Part shown: positions 17,359 to 26,425 of the stretch, one piece after another | Layout of the letters: each line of letters begins with the position of its first letter | Position numbering within the stretch: the stretch's first letter is position 1 | Source of the DNA: an uncultured Candidatus Saccharibacteria bacterium | GTDB lineage: Bacteria > Patescibacteriota > Saccharimonadia > Saccharimonadales > JACDBH01 | Direction: 5' to 3' | Length of the DNA stretch: 64,000 nt | Assembly: GCA_964642275.1 (NCBI GenBank) | Contig: CAZXOA010000005.1 | Coordinates: 2,410-66,409, forward strand | Program-made: the position numbers and the translations under genes | The notes under the pieces: generated by a model | The model's database searches: none | Told to the model about the DNA's origin: nothing | Seen by the model: the letters and a program-made list of their open reading frames with translations, nothing else

Positions 17359-18353
17359 TGCCAGCGCTTGACGAAGACGACTCGAAAGTTATGGATGTGA
17401 GCAAACCCGGCAAGGGCAAACCTGTCGGCACTTCGCGGCCAGTTGTTGCACCAGTTGTATCCGAGCCTGCAGAAGACAACAGCGTCAGCGTATCCGTACC
17501 AGTGAGCGAACCAGTTGAAGCACTTCGGACTTCACCCGGTTCACACAAGACAATAGAGCCGCTGAGCGCAGATCTGCAGCCAGAGGACAAGAAGAAGGAC
17601 GATACCGCCAACACCGAATCAGTACCGGAGGATGGGGATGTGTCTGATTCCAGTGACGGAGCAGATGACGCTGCGGGCGTTGATGCTCTGGCATCAACCA
17701 CCGAAACCAAGAGAGAAGCTGCCAAGAAGGCCGAAGAGCAGGCTAAAAGGGACGCTGAACTACAGGCGCTCATTGCCAGCAGGAAATATGTAGTACCTAT
17801 CAGCGGGACCTCTGGCGGTGGCAGTAAGGCACGTGTATGGGGTATACCGCTGGTCTTGATAGCCATAGTCGCGGGCGGCTACTTTCTGGCAGACGCAGGC
17901 GTATTCGGCGACAGCGTGAAAGTGCCGTTTGAAATAATCAAGAATTCTAAAGCGCAGACAGTCGCAGATACCTCTACAGCCGCAAGTGTCGAAGAAGAGC
18001 AGGATAAGCCTGCCGGGCAGGAAGAGCAGAAGACCGAACAGGAATCATCAGAGCCGGCAGGCAATGCTTCTGTTGCTCCTGAGGTGCGTGCACGGGATGG
18101 TGACAGGAAGAATGAGCTGAAAAATTTGCAGCAGAAGCTAGAGACGTACTTCAATGACAATGGCGAATACCCATTATCATTGAGCGGGCTAATCCCTCGG
18201 CCCACTACGGCCGAGCTTACAGACGACAGGGGCGCAAACTATAGCTATACGAGCAATGGTCAATCGTACACGCTGGCTGCTCAGCTCGAAAACACAAACG
18301 ACCCGGACGCGGAAAGCGACGGCAGTTACCTCCTTCGCTCTATAAACGAATAA
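17358..18353 (+). CDS. Membrane-anchored protein with an acidic disordered N-terminus and a pilin-like C-terminal domain
   Basis: 331 aa. One TM helix (VWGIPLVLIAIVAGGYFLADAGVF). The C-terminal segment RARDGDRKNELKNLQQKLETYFNDNGEYP resembles the start of the globular domain of type IV pilin/pseudopilin-like proteins (pattern recognition only). Confidence 0.65.
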   Translation: MPALDEDDSKVMDVSKPGKGKPVGTSRPVVAPVVSEPAEDNSVSVSVPVSEPVEALRTSPGSHKTIEPLSADLQPEDKKKDDTANTESVPEDGDVSDSSDGADDAAGVDALASTTETKREAAKKAEEQAKRDAELQALIASRKYVVPISGTSGGGSKARVWGIPLVLIAIVAGGYFLADAGVFGDSVKVPFEIIKNSKAQTVADTSTAASVEEEQDKPAGQEEQKTEQESSEPAGNASVAPEVRARDGDRKNELKNLQQKLETYFNDNGEYPLSLSGLIPRPTTAELTDDRGANYSYTSNGQSYTLAAQLENTNDPDAESDGSYLLRSINE

Positions 18354-18374
18354 GTGCCTGCTCTGTTAGAATAA

Positions 18375-20564
18375 GTGAGCATGCAGAATAATCCTATCAT
18401 CGATCCATGGGCAGATGAGGTATCAGCTATCGACCCGAAGCGTCTGTTGACCGGTTTGAACACCGAGCAGGCGCGGGCCGTCGAAACAACGGAAGGCCCG
18501 CTGCTTATTCAGGCGGGGGCTGGCAGCGGCAAGACAAAAACGCTGACGCACAGGATCGCCTACATTATCGCGACAAATCGTGCGACGCCGTATAACATTT
18601 TGGCCGTGACGTTTACCAATAAAGCTGCCAAAGAAATGCGGCTCCGAATTGCGCACCTGCTTGGCGAGGATGCGGAAAACCGCAGTTTCATGCCCTACAT
18701 GGGCACATTCCACAGTATCTGCGTGCGGCTGCTGCGCCAAGATGGCGAGCACATCGGTATACCGAGAAACTTTGTGATTTTTGATGAATCAGACAGGGTA
18801 ACCGCGGTCAAACAGGCTGCCCGTCAGCTGATGGTTGATGAGAAGGCGTTTCCCCCGAAGCAAGTGGCAGGACTTATAAGCAGTGCCAAGAACGATATGG
18901 TCGGGCCCAGCGAGTATGCAGGCTTTGCTGATTCACCGGCACAGGAAGTGGCTGCCAAGATATATCCGCTCTATGAGAAAACACTCCATACAGCTGGAGC
19001 CCTTGATTTTGATGATTTAATTGCAAAAACTGCGACACTTTTGCAAAAAAACACAGCAATCCGCGACAAATGGCGTCAGCAGTTCAAGTACGTATTGATT
19101 GACGAATACCAAGACACCAACCTTGCACAGTACAAACTGGTGAAACTTTTGATTGGCGACCATAAAAACATCGCGGTCGTTGGCGACGATTGGCAATCGA
19201 TTTACTCGTGGAGAGGGGCAGACTTCAAGAATATTCTGAATTTTGAACGTGATTACAAAGATACGACAGTTATCAAGCTGGAGCAAAACTACCGCAGTAC
19301 CAAGGCTATCCTAGAGGCAGCCCATGCGGTCATTACCAAAAATGAGCAAAGGTCTGACAAAAAACTTTGGACCGATGCAGGCAACGGCTTGCCGGTACAG
19401 ATCCTGCAAACTGCGCATCAGAGCGCCGAAGGCGAAGCGGTCATTCGCCGTATCGAGACGATGGTCAAGGCCGGACGGCGAAAATACCAGGACTATGCAG
19501 TGCTGTATAGAACAAACGCGCAGAGCCGTGCGGTTGAAGAAATGTTTGTGCGCTACGGTGTACCTTACAAAATGGTTGGCGGACAGAGATTCTATGACCG
19601 TAAGGAGATAAAAGACATTGTTGCCTACCTGAGGCTTATTTTTCAGCCCGAGGATATGGTGAGTTTTGAGCGCATCGTCAATGTGCCGACCCGCGGGATA
19701 GGTGCGAAGTCGCTTGAATATTTCCGTGCGTGGGTTTCTGCTTCGGGCGGGATTTTGAGAGCGCTTGAGACAGTTGCTGACTGCCCCGGCCTGCCTGTCA
19801 AAGCGAAAGCCGGGCTGACAGAGCTGGCAGACGTTATCTTGACGTATCGGGAGCTCATGTCTGACACGGCGGTATCGGGAGTGATTGACAGCTTGCTCAG
19901 ACGGCTTGATTACAATGCGTATCTGGATGACGGCACCATGCAGGGTGAATCGCGCCAGGAGAACGTGCGCGAGCTGATATCGGTTGCCAAGGCGTACCAG
20001 GATGTTGGCCTGGAGGGGTTTTTGGAAGAGGTCAGTTTGATTAGCGATCTTGATAATACCGATACATCTGCTAACTCTGTGACGCTTATGACGCTGCACG
20101 CCGCTAAGGGTCTCGAATTTCCGGTGGTGTTCATTATTGGGCTTGAAGAAACAGTCCTGCCGCATAGCCGGGCACTCTACGATCAACGTGAGATGGAAGA
20201 GGAGCGCCGGCTGATGTATGTCGGTATGACACGTGCGCGTGAGGAACTGTACTTGCTGTATGCAACCTCTCGGGCACTGTACGGCGGGGTGCAGTATAAT
20301 CCGCCATCGCGGTTCCTGAGCGAAATTGACGGGCACACCACAGCAGCGCCAATTGCCAGCCAGCCGTTTGTAGCGCCTTCGGCTCAGAACCTTTCGAGTG
20401 AACCGCGTTATGTGATAGAGCTTTCAGAAGGCGACGGCGTGCGGCACCAGGCTTTTGGCGAGGGCGTTGTACTGGAAGTAGACGGGGACAATGTGGCTGT
20501 ACATTTCAAAAGCAAAGGCGTCAAGAAGTTAAATACGGCTTTTGCGCCGTTAGAGAAGGTGTAA
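18375..20564 (+). CDS. pcrA: ATP-dependent DNA helicase, UvrD/PcrA family
   Basis: 729 aa. LNTEQARAVE...LIQAGAGSGKTKTLTHRIAYII, DEYQDTN, TLHAAKGLEF and VGMTRARE motifs. Confidence 0.9.
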   Translation: MSMQNNPIIDPWADEVSAIDPKRLLTGLNTEQARAVETTEGPLLIQAGAGSGKTKTLTHRIAYIIATNRATPYNILAVTFTNKAAKEMRLRIAHLLGEDAENRSFMPYMGTFHSICVRLLRQDGEHIGIPRNFVIFDESDRVTAVKQAARQLMVDEKAFPPKQVAGLISSAKNDMVGPSEYAGFADSPAQEVAAKIYPLYEKTLHTAGALDFDDLIAKTATLLQKNTAIRDKWRQQFKYVLIDEYQDTNLAQYKLVKLLIGDHKNIAVVGDDWQSIYSWRGADFKNILNFERDYKDTTVIKLEQNYRSTKAILEAAHAVITKNEQRSDKKLWTDAGNGLPVQILQTAHQSAEGEAVIRRIETMVKAGRRKYQDYAVLYRTNAQSRAVEEMFVRYGVPYKMVGGQRFYDRKEIKDIVAYLRLIFQPEDMVSFERIVNVPTRGIGAKSLEYFRAWVSASGGILRALETVADCPGLPVKAKAGLTELADVILTYRELMSDTAVSGVIDSLLRRLDYNAYLDDGTMQGESRQENVRELISVAKAYQDVGLEGFLEEVSLISDLDNTDTSANSVTLMTLHAAKGLEFPVVFIIGLEETVLPHSRALYDQREMEEERRLMYVGMTRAREELYLLYATSRALYGGVQYNPPSRFLSEIDGHTTAAPIASQPFVAPSAQNLSSEPRYVIELSEGDGVRHQAFGEGVVLEVDGDNVAVHFKSKGVKKLNTAFAPLEKV

Positions 20565-21035
20565 GTGCAGAGACTCAAAGAATCCGCAGGCACGCTTGTG
20601 TTTTTTGCCGGCTGGCCATTTTTTTGGGCATACTTCCGGATCTGGTCGCGGCGCACACGGGTGATTGTGATACATGACAAGAGACTCCTCCTTGTTAAAG
20701 GGTGGCTCAGCGACGGCTCTTGGGGACTGCCCGGCGGCGGTGCACATAAGAGAGAGCTGGCGGTAGAGTCAGCAGTGCGGGAGCTCCAGGAGGAAACAGG
20801 TGTGGCTGCACTGCCATCGCATATCCAGCACATTGCAGATATAAAGCATCAGGAGCGGCGGCTCAAATACACAGCCATGTATTTTTTGTACAAACCACAG
20901 GCAGAGCCGAAGCTCATCCGCCAAAAAAAAGAAATAGCCGACATCGGATGGTTCAACAAGGAACAACTAAAAGACATAAAACTCAATGTTGACGCGCGCT
21001 ATAGTGTCGAGAGTCTTGTGCGGGATTTGCTATAA
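20565..21035 (+). CDS. Nudix hydrolase
   Basis: Nudix box GLPGGGAHKRELAVESAVRELQEETG. GTG start immediately after the pcrA stop codon. Confidence 0.8.
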   Translation: MQRLKESAGTLVFFAGWPFFWAYFRIWSRRTRVIVIHDKRLLLVKGWLSDGSWGLPGGGAHKRELAVESAVRELQEETGVAALPSHIQHIADIKHQERRLKYTAMYFLYKPQAEPKLIRQKKEIADIGWFNKEQLKDIKLNVDARYSVESLVRDLL

Positions 21036-21059
21036 TGAGCCAGGTAGACAGAGGAAAAA

Positions 21060-22400
21060 GTGCATTACAGACTAAAGCATTATAGATTGCAAACACGCCG
21101 CGCATTCCGCCGGTTTGAACGGCGCTACAGGAATCATAAAAACACCCTGCCAGCTGTTGTTGGTGTATCTGTGATGTGTCTTTCGCTTGTCCTTGTGCTG
21201 ACCCTCCGTGACAGTAACATCGTCACGCAAAGCCGTCTTGATGGAACAAACATTGTTCTGCTTCACGCAGATAAAGAAACGCGGGTCTTGCCTACCCGCG
21301 AGAAAACCGTGGCGGGGTTGCTGCAGAACGCTGGGATCACCGTCAACGAAGGCGACGTTGTCGAACCTGCCATGGATGCATCAATCGAAGAAGATGACTT
21401 CCGTATCAATGTATACCGCGCAGCCCCCGTTGTTATTCAGGACGACGACACAAGAATTCTGACTATGAGTGCTGCCCAAACTTCCAGGAGCATCGCAGAC
21501 CAAGCGGGGATTTCGGTACATCCTGAGGATAAAATCACCACTGAGCCAAGTCGTGACTTTTTGCGTGATGGTATAGGCAGCAAGGTTGTTATCCAGCGCT
21601 CGACGCCCGTTGTTATGAACCTGTACGGGGCGTCTTTGCCCTTGCGTACACATGCTCAGACTGTGGGCGATTTGCTCGACGAAAAACAGATTCATATCGA
21701 AGAAGGGGATACCGTACAGCCCTCGCGTGAGACGGTGCTAGCAGAAAATATGCAGATATTTGTGACGCGATTCGGGGTGCAGGTGGTAATGGTCGAAGAA
21801 TCTATCCCCATGCCAGTCGAGACCATAGAAGATAATAGTCTGTCATATGGCTCGATTGCTGTCAGGCAGAATGGCGCGGAGGGTAAGAAATCAGTGACCT
21901 ATCAGCTGCAGCTGGAGAATGGCGTTGAAGTCGGCCGTGAAATTATTCAAGAGATTATTGTACAAGAACCAATCAAACAGATTGTCGCGCGTGGCACCAG
22001 CGGCAAATTCGAGAACTTTACTGCAGAAGGTATCCCGGCACGCGTTTTTTGCGCGAGCCCGCGGCAAGGCAACTGGAAAAACATTAACACGCATAATGCA
22101 GCCCTCGGCCGGGCTATGGCAGAGGCCAAGGGTTGGACAGGCGCGCAGTTCAATGCTTTGCTCGAGCTATGGGCCTGCGAGTCCAGCTGGAACGAACGGG
22201 CAGGCAACCCGATATCCGGTGCATACGGTATACCGCAGTCCTGGCCCGCCGAAAAGATGGCCGATAATGGTTCATGCGGCGGCGCAGGCTACCTGACTGA
22301 TCCGCAGATTCAGATGTCATGGGGACTCTGCTACATTCAGCGGCGCCACGGTTCGCCGATAGAGGCGCTCAACTTTCACCATCGGAACAATTGGTACTAA
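21060..22400 (+). CDS. Membrane-anchored peptidoglycan hydrolase of RpfB/YabE-like architecture (DUF348 repeats, G5, C-terminal lysozyme-like domain)
   Basis: 446 aa. N-terminal TM helix and repeated DUF348-type segments. G5-like stretch SIAVRQNGAEGKKSVTYQL. C-terminal LWACESSWNERAGNPISGAYGIPQSWP, typical of transglycosylase-like domains. Confidence 0.75.
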   Translation: MHYRLKHYRLQTRRAFRRFERRYRNHKNTLPAVVGVSVMCLSLVLVLTLRDSNIVTQSRLDGTNIVLLHADKETRVLPTREKTVAGLLQNAGITVNEGDVVEPAMDASIEEDDFRINVYRAAPVVIQDDDTRILTMSAAQTSRSIADQAGISVHPEDKITTEPSRDFLRDGIGSKVVIQRSTPVVMNLYGASLPLRTHAQTVGDLLDEKQIHIEEGDTVQPSRETVLAENMQIFVTRFGVQVVMVEESIPMPVETIEDNSLSYGSIAVRQNGAEGKKSVTYQLQLENGVEVGREIIQEIIVQEPIKQIVARGTSGKFENFTAEGIPARVFCASPRQGNWKNINTHNAALGRAMAEAKGWTGAQFNALLELWACESSWNERAGNPISGAYGIPQSWPAEKMADNGSCGGAGYLTDPQIQMSWGLCYIQRRHGSPIEALNFHHRNNWY

Positions 22401-22410
22401 ATAAAGAATG

Positions 22411-22556
22411 ATTAGCCTGTCACTTGTAACATGTCACGATAATGTGACGTGTGACCTGTAATAGTGAAGGACCTCAAAGTGGCAATTTATTGTTACAAGT
22501 TACACGTTAACTCATGGCTACAGGCAACATGTTACAGGGTAATTTGCCTGTAACGT
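22411..22556. repeat. Palindromic intergenic repeat, family 2, copy 2
   Basis: ATTAGCCTGTCACTTGTAAC..GACGTGTGACCTGTAAT..ATGGCTACAGGCAACATGTTACAGG..CCTGTAACG. It shares CGTGTGACCTGT (12 nt exact) and other motifs with 14905-14995. Confidence 0.45.
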
Positions 22557-22583
22557 ACGTTGGGCGTCTGTTAGAATACCAGC

Positions 22584-23009
22584 ATGACGTATGTTCATGA
22601 TGGTTTTAATTACACGCTCCGGATTGAGAAGGGTGAGCTGGTTGTTGAGACATTGCTTGAATTTATTCGCGAAAAAGATATCAAAGGCGCGTGGGTGCTG
22701 GGCCTTGGCGGCCTCATGTGGGCCGAACTCGGGTTCTATGATCTGAATACGCAAGAATACGCCTGGCAGAAGTTTGACGAGCTGCTTGAACTGACCAACC
22801 TAACGGGCAATATTGCCTGGCAAGACGGCAAGCCTGTACTGCATGCACATGCAACGGTATCAGACGTAAGCTTCCACGCCCACGGCGGCCACCTGCGCGA
22901 GGCCGAAGCCGCTGGCACGGTAGAACTCTTAATCCACGTGTGGAATAACGAAGAAGGCTTGGCCCGCCAAAAAGACAAACAAACTGGGTTAAACCTGCTT
23001 AGTTTATGA
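22584..23009 (+). CDS. PPC (DUF296) domain protein
   Basis: 141 aa. The pattern ...LRIEKGELVVETLLEFIREKDIKGAWVLGLGGL...LTGNIAW.DGKPVLHAHATVS...GGHL is typical of the PPC/DUF296 fold. Confidence 0.75.
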   Translation: MTYVHDGFNYTLRIEKGELVVETLLEFIREKDIKGAWVLGLGGLMWAELGFYDLNTQEYAWQKFDELLELTNLTGNIAWQDGKPVLHAHATVSDVSFHAHGGHLREAEAAGTVELLIHVWNNEEGLARQKDKQTGLNLLSL

Positions 23010-23797
23010 ATCCCAAGAAAAAGCTCGGGCAGCACTGGCTGCATGATGAAATGGCGCTCGAGGCTATGGTAGGTGCAGCCGAGGTGCAACCGGGCGATAC
23101 GGTGCTCGAGATCGGCCCGGGCCTGGGTACACTGACCGAGAAGCTACTAGCCGCTGGCGCTAAGGTGCATGCGGTCGAATTTGACCAGGATCTACTAGTG
23201 GGGCTCCGGCAAAGATTTGCGACTAATTCGCAATTTTCACTCGAACATATCGATATTCTCAAGTTCGATTTCGGTAAACTGCCAACGGGTTATAAGGTCG
23301 TGGCAAATATTCCCTACTATCTGACAAGCAACTTGCTGCGTGTCATGTGCGAACACCCAAACCACTTCTCAGATGCGGCATTGCTCATGCAAAAAGAAGT
23401 TGCAGAGCGTATCTGTGCTGGCCCGGGAGATATGAGTATCTTGAGCGTCAGTGTGCAATTCTACTGCGAGGCATCGCTCGGTGCCTTTGTACCGGCGCAT
23501 TTCTTCACGCCGCCGCCGAAGGTTGATTCGCAAATCCTGCGGCTCAGATACCGTACGGCGCCATTGTTTGCAGATGTTGAACCGGCCAGATTTTTCCAGC
23601 TCGTCAAAGCCGGTTTTTCAGAGAAGCGCAAAATGCTGCGCAGCTCTCTCAGCGGAGGTCTGGGGATTACCAAGGCTGAAGCGGAAGAGCTGCTGGCCAA
23701 GGCTGGCATTGATTCGGGCTTGCGCGCACAAGCACTCAGTCTAGACGATTGGCATAAGCTTTATCTGGCACACGCGGCTAGTGTACAATGGGCCTAA
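23006..23797 (+). CDS. rsmA: 16S rRNA (adenine1518/1519-N6) dimethyltransferase
   Basis: KKKLGQHWLHD...VLEIGPGLGTLTEKL...VVANIPYYLTS are KsgA/RsmA motifs. Confidence 0.9.
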   Translation: MNPKKKLGQHWLHDEMALEAMVGAAEVQPGDTVLEIGPGLGTLTEKLLAAGAKVHAVEFDQDLLVGLRQRFATNSQFSLEHIDILKFDFGKLPTGYKVVANIPYYLTSNLLRVMCEHPNHFSDAALLMQKEVAERICAGPGDMSILSVSVQFYCEASLGAFVPAHFFTPPPKVDSQILRLRYRTAPLFADVEPARFFQLVKAGFSEKRKMLRSSLSGGLGITKAEAEELLAKAGIDSGLRAQALSLDDWHKLYLAHAASVQWA

Positions 23798-23812
23798 AGT
23801 AAGGAGAATCTT

Positions 23813-24706
23813 ATGCCCCCGCAAGAGCAAGAGCCAAATCAGGCGCCCCAGTTTACGCCGCCAGAACAAACAACACCGCCCGAGCAACCAGTGGAAACAA
23901 TTCCGCAGTCGGTTGCACCAGCCTCGTTAGGCAGGGGTAAGAAACCGCCGATTATTGTACTCGCAATCCTCGCTGTCATCCTTCTGGCGGCAGGCAGTTA
24001 CTTTGTATTCTTCCGCAAAGATGATACGACAAGCCAAAATCAGACTCCTGAAGCTGTCACTGCAGAAAACACCGAAGAACAGGCGGCAGCGCCAGAGGGC
24101 TGCCCGGAAGGTTTTACGCAGTTTGAGGGCAACAACATCGGCCTGCACTTTTGCTATCCCGCCTCATGGGGGAATGCCAGTCTCGAGGAAACAGGCGAAC
24201 AAGCCCATGCAGCCAGAGGCAATCAGTATAAGATTATCTTCAGCAGGAATAGCAGCGTGTATGGCGGGATAATGTCCACTGATTGGGAGCATAATAATGA
24301 TATGGGCCATGACGGCGGAGACTGGGCGGGCAGTATGAGCTTTGCGCAACTGCAGGAGGCAAAGAATTATGTTAAGGCTGCGTATGTCTACACTGATACA
24401 GATGAACAGTTTGCATTTATAGATATCTGTAGTGAATTTTGCCAGCGTGGCGACGATCCGTATCTTCAGTTGACTTATGGAGCAAAGATCCCGGGCAACG
24501 ACCGGTTTGAAGTAATGGTGTTCTATCAGAAGGTCGAGTTCGGCGATGAGTTCAGAGAAGTCGACACAGTGAAGGATCCAGGCAATCCAATCGAATATGT
24601 ATCAATCGACAAGGTTGAGGCGGCTGACCTGACAAAATTATTGCCCAAATCCGATGGTCTGTTCACTGCGCTACAGCAAGTTTCTGACACAGTTCGTGGC
24701 AACTAG
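23813..24706 (+). CDS. Membrane-anchored hypothetical protein (Pro-rich N-terminus, one TM helix, extracytoplasmic domain)
   Basis: 297 aa, with a GGAG RBS upstream and TM helix PPIIVLAILAVILLAAGSYFVFF. Confidence 0.6.
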   Translation: MPPQEQEPNQAPQFTPPEQTTPPEQPVETIPQSVAPASLGRGKKPPIIVLAILAVILLAAGSYFVFFRKDDTTSQNQTPEAVTAENTEEQAAAPEGCPEGFTQFEGNNIGLHFCYPASWGNASLEETGEQAHAARGNQYKIIFSRNSSVYGGIMSTDWEHNNDMGHDGGDWAGSMSFAQLQEAKNYVKAAYVYTDTDEQFAFIDICSEFCQRGDDPYLQLTYGAKIPGNDRFEVMVFYQKVEFGDEFREVDTVKDPGNPIEYVSIDKVEAADLTKLLPKSDGLFTALQQVSDTVRGN

Positions 24707-24793
24707 TACCTAAAAAGTCCTTGCACATTCCCAGAAGAGGCGTATAACGGTATATAGATTTTATAAAACGCTCTCTAAAACGAGGAAAACAAC

Positions 24794-25033
24794 ATGACAG
24801 ATTTCGAGGCCGCACAGGGCTATGTAAGCTGTGGTGATACGATTTTGGCGCTTGATCTAGAGGCATGCCCTGGCCTTTATGGTAGGGCAGTACAGAGGCT
24901 GCATGAGATGAATGCACGAGAAGCGGAAAAGGCACGGGCCAGTGGCGAAAAGCCCAGTATTTTTACAATCCAAGATGTTACTCAAATGATTCTGGCCGAA
25001 ACATTCACATTACCCGAACAAAGAGTTGCATAA
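24794..25033 (+). CDS. Small hypothetical protein
   Basis: 79-aa ORF with normal composition. No family recognised. Confidence 0.45.
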   Translation: MTDFEAAQGYVSCGDTILALDLEACPGLYGRAVQRLHEMNAREAEKARASGEKPSIFTIQDVTQMILAETFTLPEQRVA

Positions 25034-25054
25034 TTATTACGTTTATGCTATACT
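25026..25054 (+). promoter_or_regulatory. Putative promoter (TTGCAT - 17 nt - TGcTATACT) upstream of ssrA
   Basis: TTGCAT at 25026-25031, a 17-nt spacer, then TATACT at 25049-25054 preceded by TGC. It lies ~170 nt upstream of the mature tmRNA 5' end. Confidence 0.45.
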
Positions 25055-25222
25055 GATAACATCCCCTTGAATGGGGAGGGTTAGGATTTGTGTTTACGCA
25101 AATCCCCAAATCCGCGAGAGGATTCGCGGATTTGAGAGGAAAAGGCTTGGTTGAGCCACTAAGATTGCTGAGCAAATTTATTTTGTCAGCAATCTGGTGA
25201 CACAACCATTACACTTTGACGA

Positions 25223-25632
25223 GGGGCTGAATAGCTCGACATTTGGACATTTACAAGTTGGTGCCAGCAGGCCGGTTGTCTGAACGTTATCCGGACAAAC
25301 CAAATAGATGCAAAAACATCTGATCGTGTAGCTGGTCTTAGCAACGAGCTCGTAGCTTCGCTACGTAGCATGTTCGCTACCCCAGTACGCGTAGCTGCCT
25401 AATTTAGACAGCGACTGCAAGTGAGACATCAGATATCACGAAGTGGTCTTATATTTTTCTGATTGCTCAAGCCCTATGACTCATAGTGTTTGTTAAGATT
25501 TAGAGTTGCAGTGATTCATGTTCTTGTCAGTTCCAATCATGAATAGCTAAAGAAACCAAGTGATCTGAATAAGCCTGTAGAAAGCCAGCAAGTAACCGAA
25601 TGGACGCGGGATCATACCCGCCAGCTCCACCA
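25223..25632 (+). ncRNA. ssrA: tmRNA (transfer-messenger RNA)
   Basis: The 5' end GGGGCTGAATAGCTCGAC and the 3' end GGACGCGGGATCATACCCGCCAGCTCCACCA closely match the conserved tRNA-like ends of bacterial tmRNA. An internal tag reading frame ends ...SMFATPVRVAA-TAA (stop at 25400-25402). Confidence 0.85.
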
Positions 25633-25757
25633 TTCTTCGCCCTCCGGGCTACGAATGGCAAGCCATAAAGCTTGAGTATTTTTTGTACATTAGTAATCTC
25701 ACAGCGAAGAATGTCCTCCATAGCCCTTTAGGGCGAAGTAGGACGTATACTTTTATC

Positions 25758-26000
25758 ATGCACTATACCTATATCCTGAGAAGTGAAGTCGCGGACGAAT
25801 TTTATTACGGATCAACCTCTGACTTAAAAACCAGGCTACAAGGTCATAATTCCGGCCAAGTACCGTACACCAAGAAATACAAACCTTGGAAGATTGTTTG
25901 GTACGCTTCTTTTAACTCTAAGCAAAAAGCCTTGGATTTTGAGAGGTATCTTAAAACAGCCTCTGGCAAAGCTTTCCTAAGAAAGCGGTTGCTCCCATGA
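25758..26000 (+). CDS. GIY-YIG domain protein
   Basis: MHYTYILRSEVADEFYYGSTSDLKTRLQGHNSG...: GIY-YIG-type YTYIL...YYGST motifs with R and H/N downstream. The ATG at 25758 is preferred over the longer ORF-track start at 25683. Confidence 0.75.
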   Translation: MHYTYILRSEVADEFYYGSTSDLKTRLQGHNSGQVPYTKKYKPWKIVWYASFNSKQKALDFERYLKTASGKAFLRKRLLP

Positions 26001-26173
26001 GCGAGTCGGAATTTGAAGACGTTTTACCCTGTGGCGATAAACTGGCGTTTGATACCAGGCGCGAAGCGCAAGCCACGGCTACCACCGCTCAGTTTCAGAG
26101 GGGTGCCCAAGTCAAGCCATACAAATGCCAGTACTGCAGCCTCTGGCACCTATCATCTGATTACGGTGACTAG
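25997..26173 (+). CDS. Small Cys-containing hypothetical protein (58 aa)
   Basis: Below the ORF-track size cutoff. It has an ATGA overlap with the GIY-YIG stop codon. MSESEFEDVLPCGDK...KPYKCQYCSLWHLSSDYGD has a CxxC plus an upstream Cys, zinc-ribbon-like. Confidence 0.35.
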   Translation: MSESEFEDVLPCGDKLAFDTRREAQATATTAQFQRGAQVKPYKCQYCSLWHLSSDYGD

Positions 26174-26355
26174 CGGCGTTTCTTGAGTACAAACACAATC
26201 AGGCCTATGACAATAACAGCCGCAATGCCAAGGCCAACTAGAGGCCACATGCCCTCATCCGTCGTGGCCGCCGCCGGAGGGGCGGTATTGGGGTCGTAGG
26301 GCCGCACAATCTGAGCAAACCGATTGATTGGCAGTGTAAGCGGGGTATAGTACAT
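26170..26355 (-). CDS. Small membrane protein (61 aa)
   Basis: C-terminal TM helix WPLVGLGIAAVIVIGLIVFVL followed by KKRR. Confidence 0.4.
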   Translation of the reverse strand: MYYTPLTLPINRFAQIVRPYDPNTAPPAAATTDEGMWPLVGLGIAAVIVIGLIVFVLKKRR

Positions 26356-26425
26356 GGTCTTTGTTCCTGCTTAGACTAGTAGTTTCATTATCATAAGCAG
26401 TTCATGTTTTGTCAAGTACGCGTCA

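Noticed and set aside
19311-20336. A 341-aa minus-strand ORF
   Set aside because: It is antisense to the UvrD/PcrA helicase gene and has no recognisable motifs.
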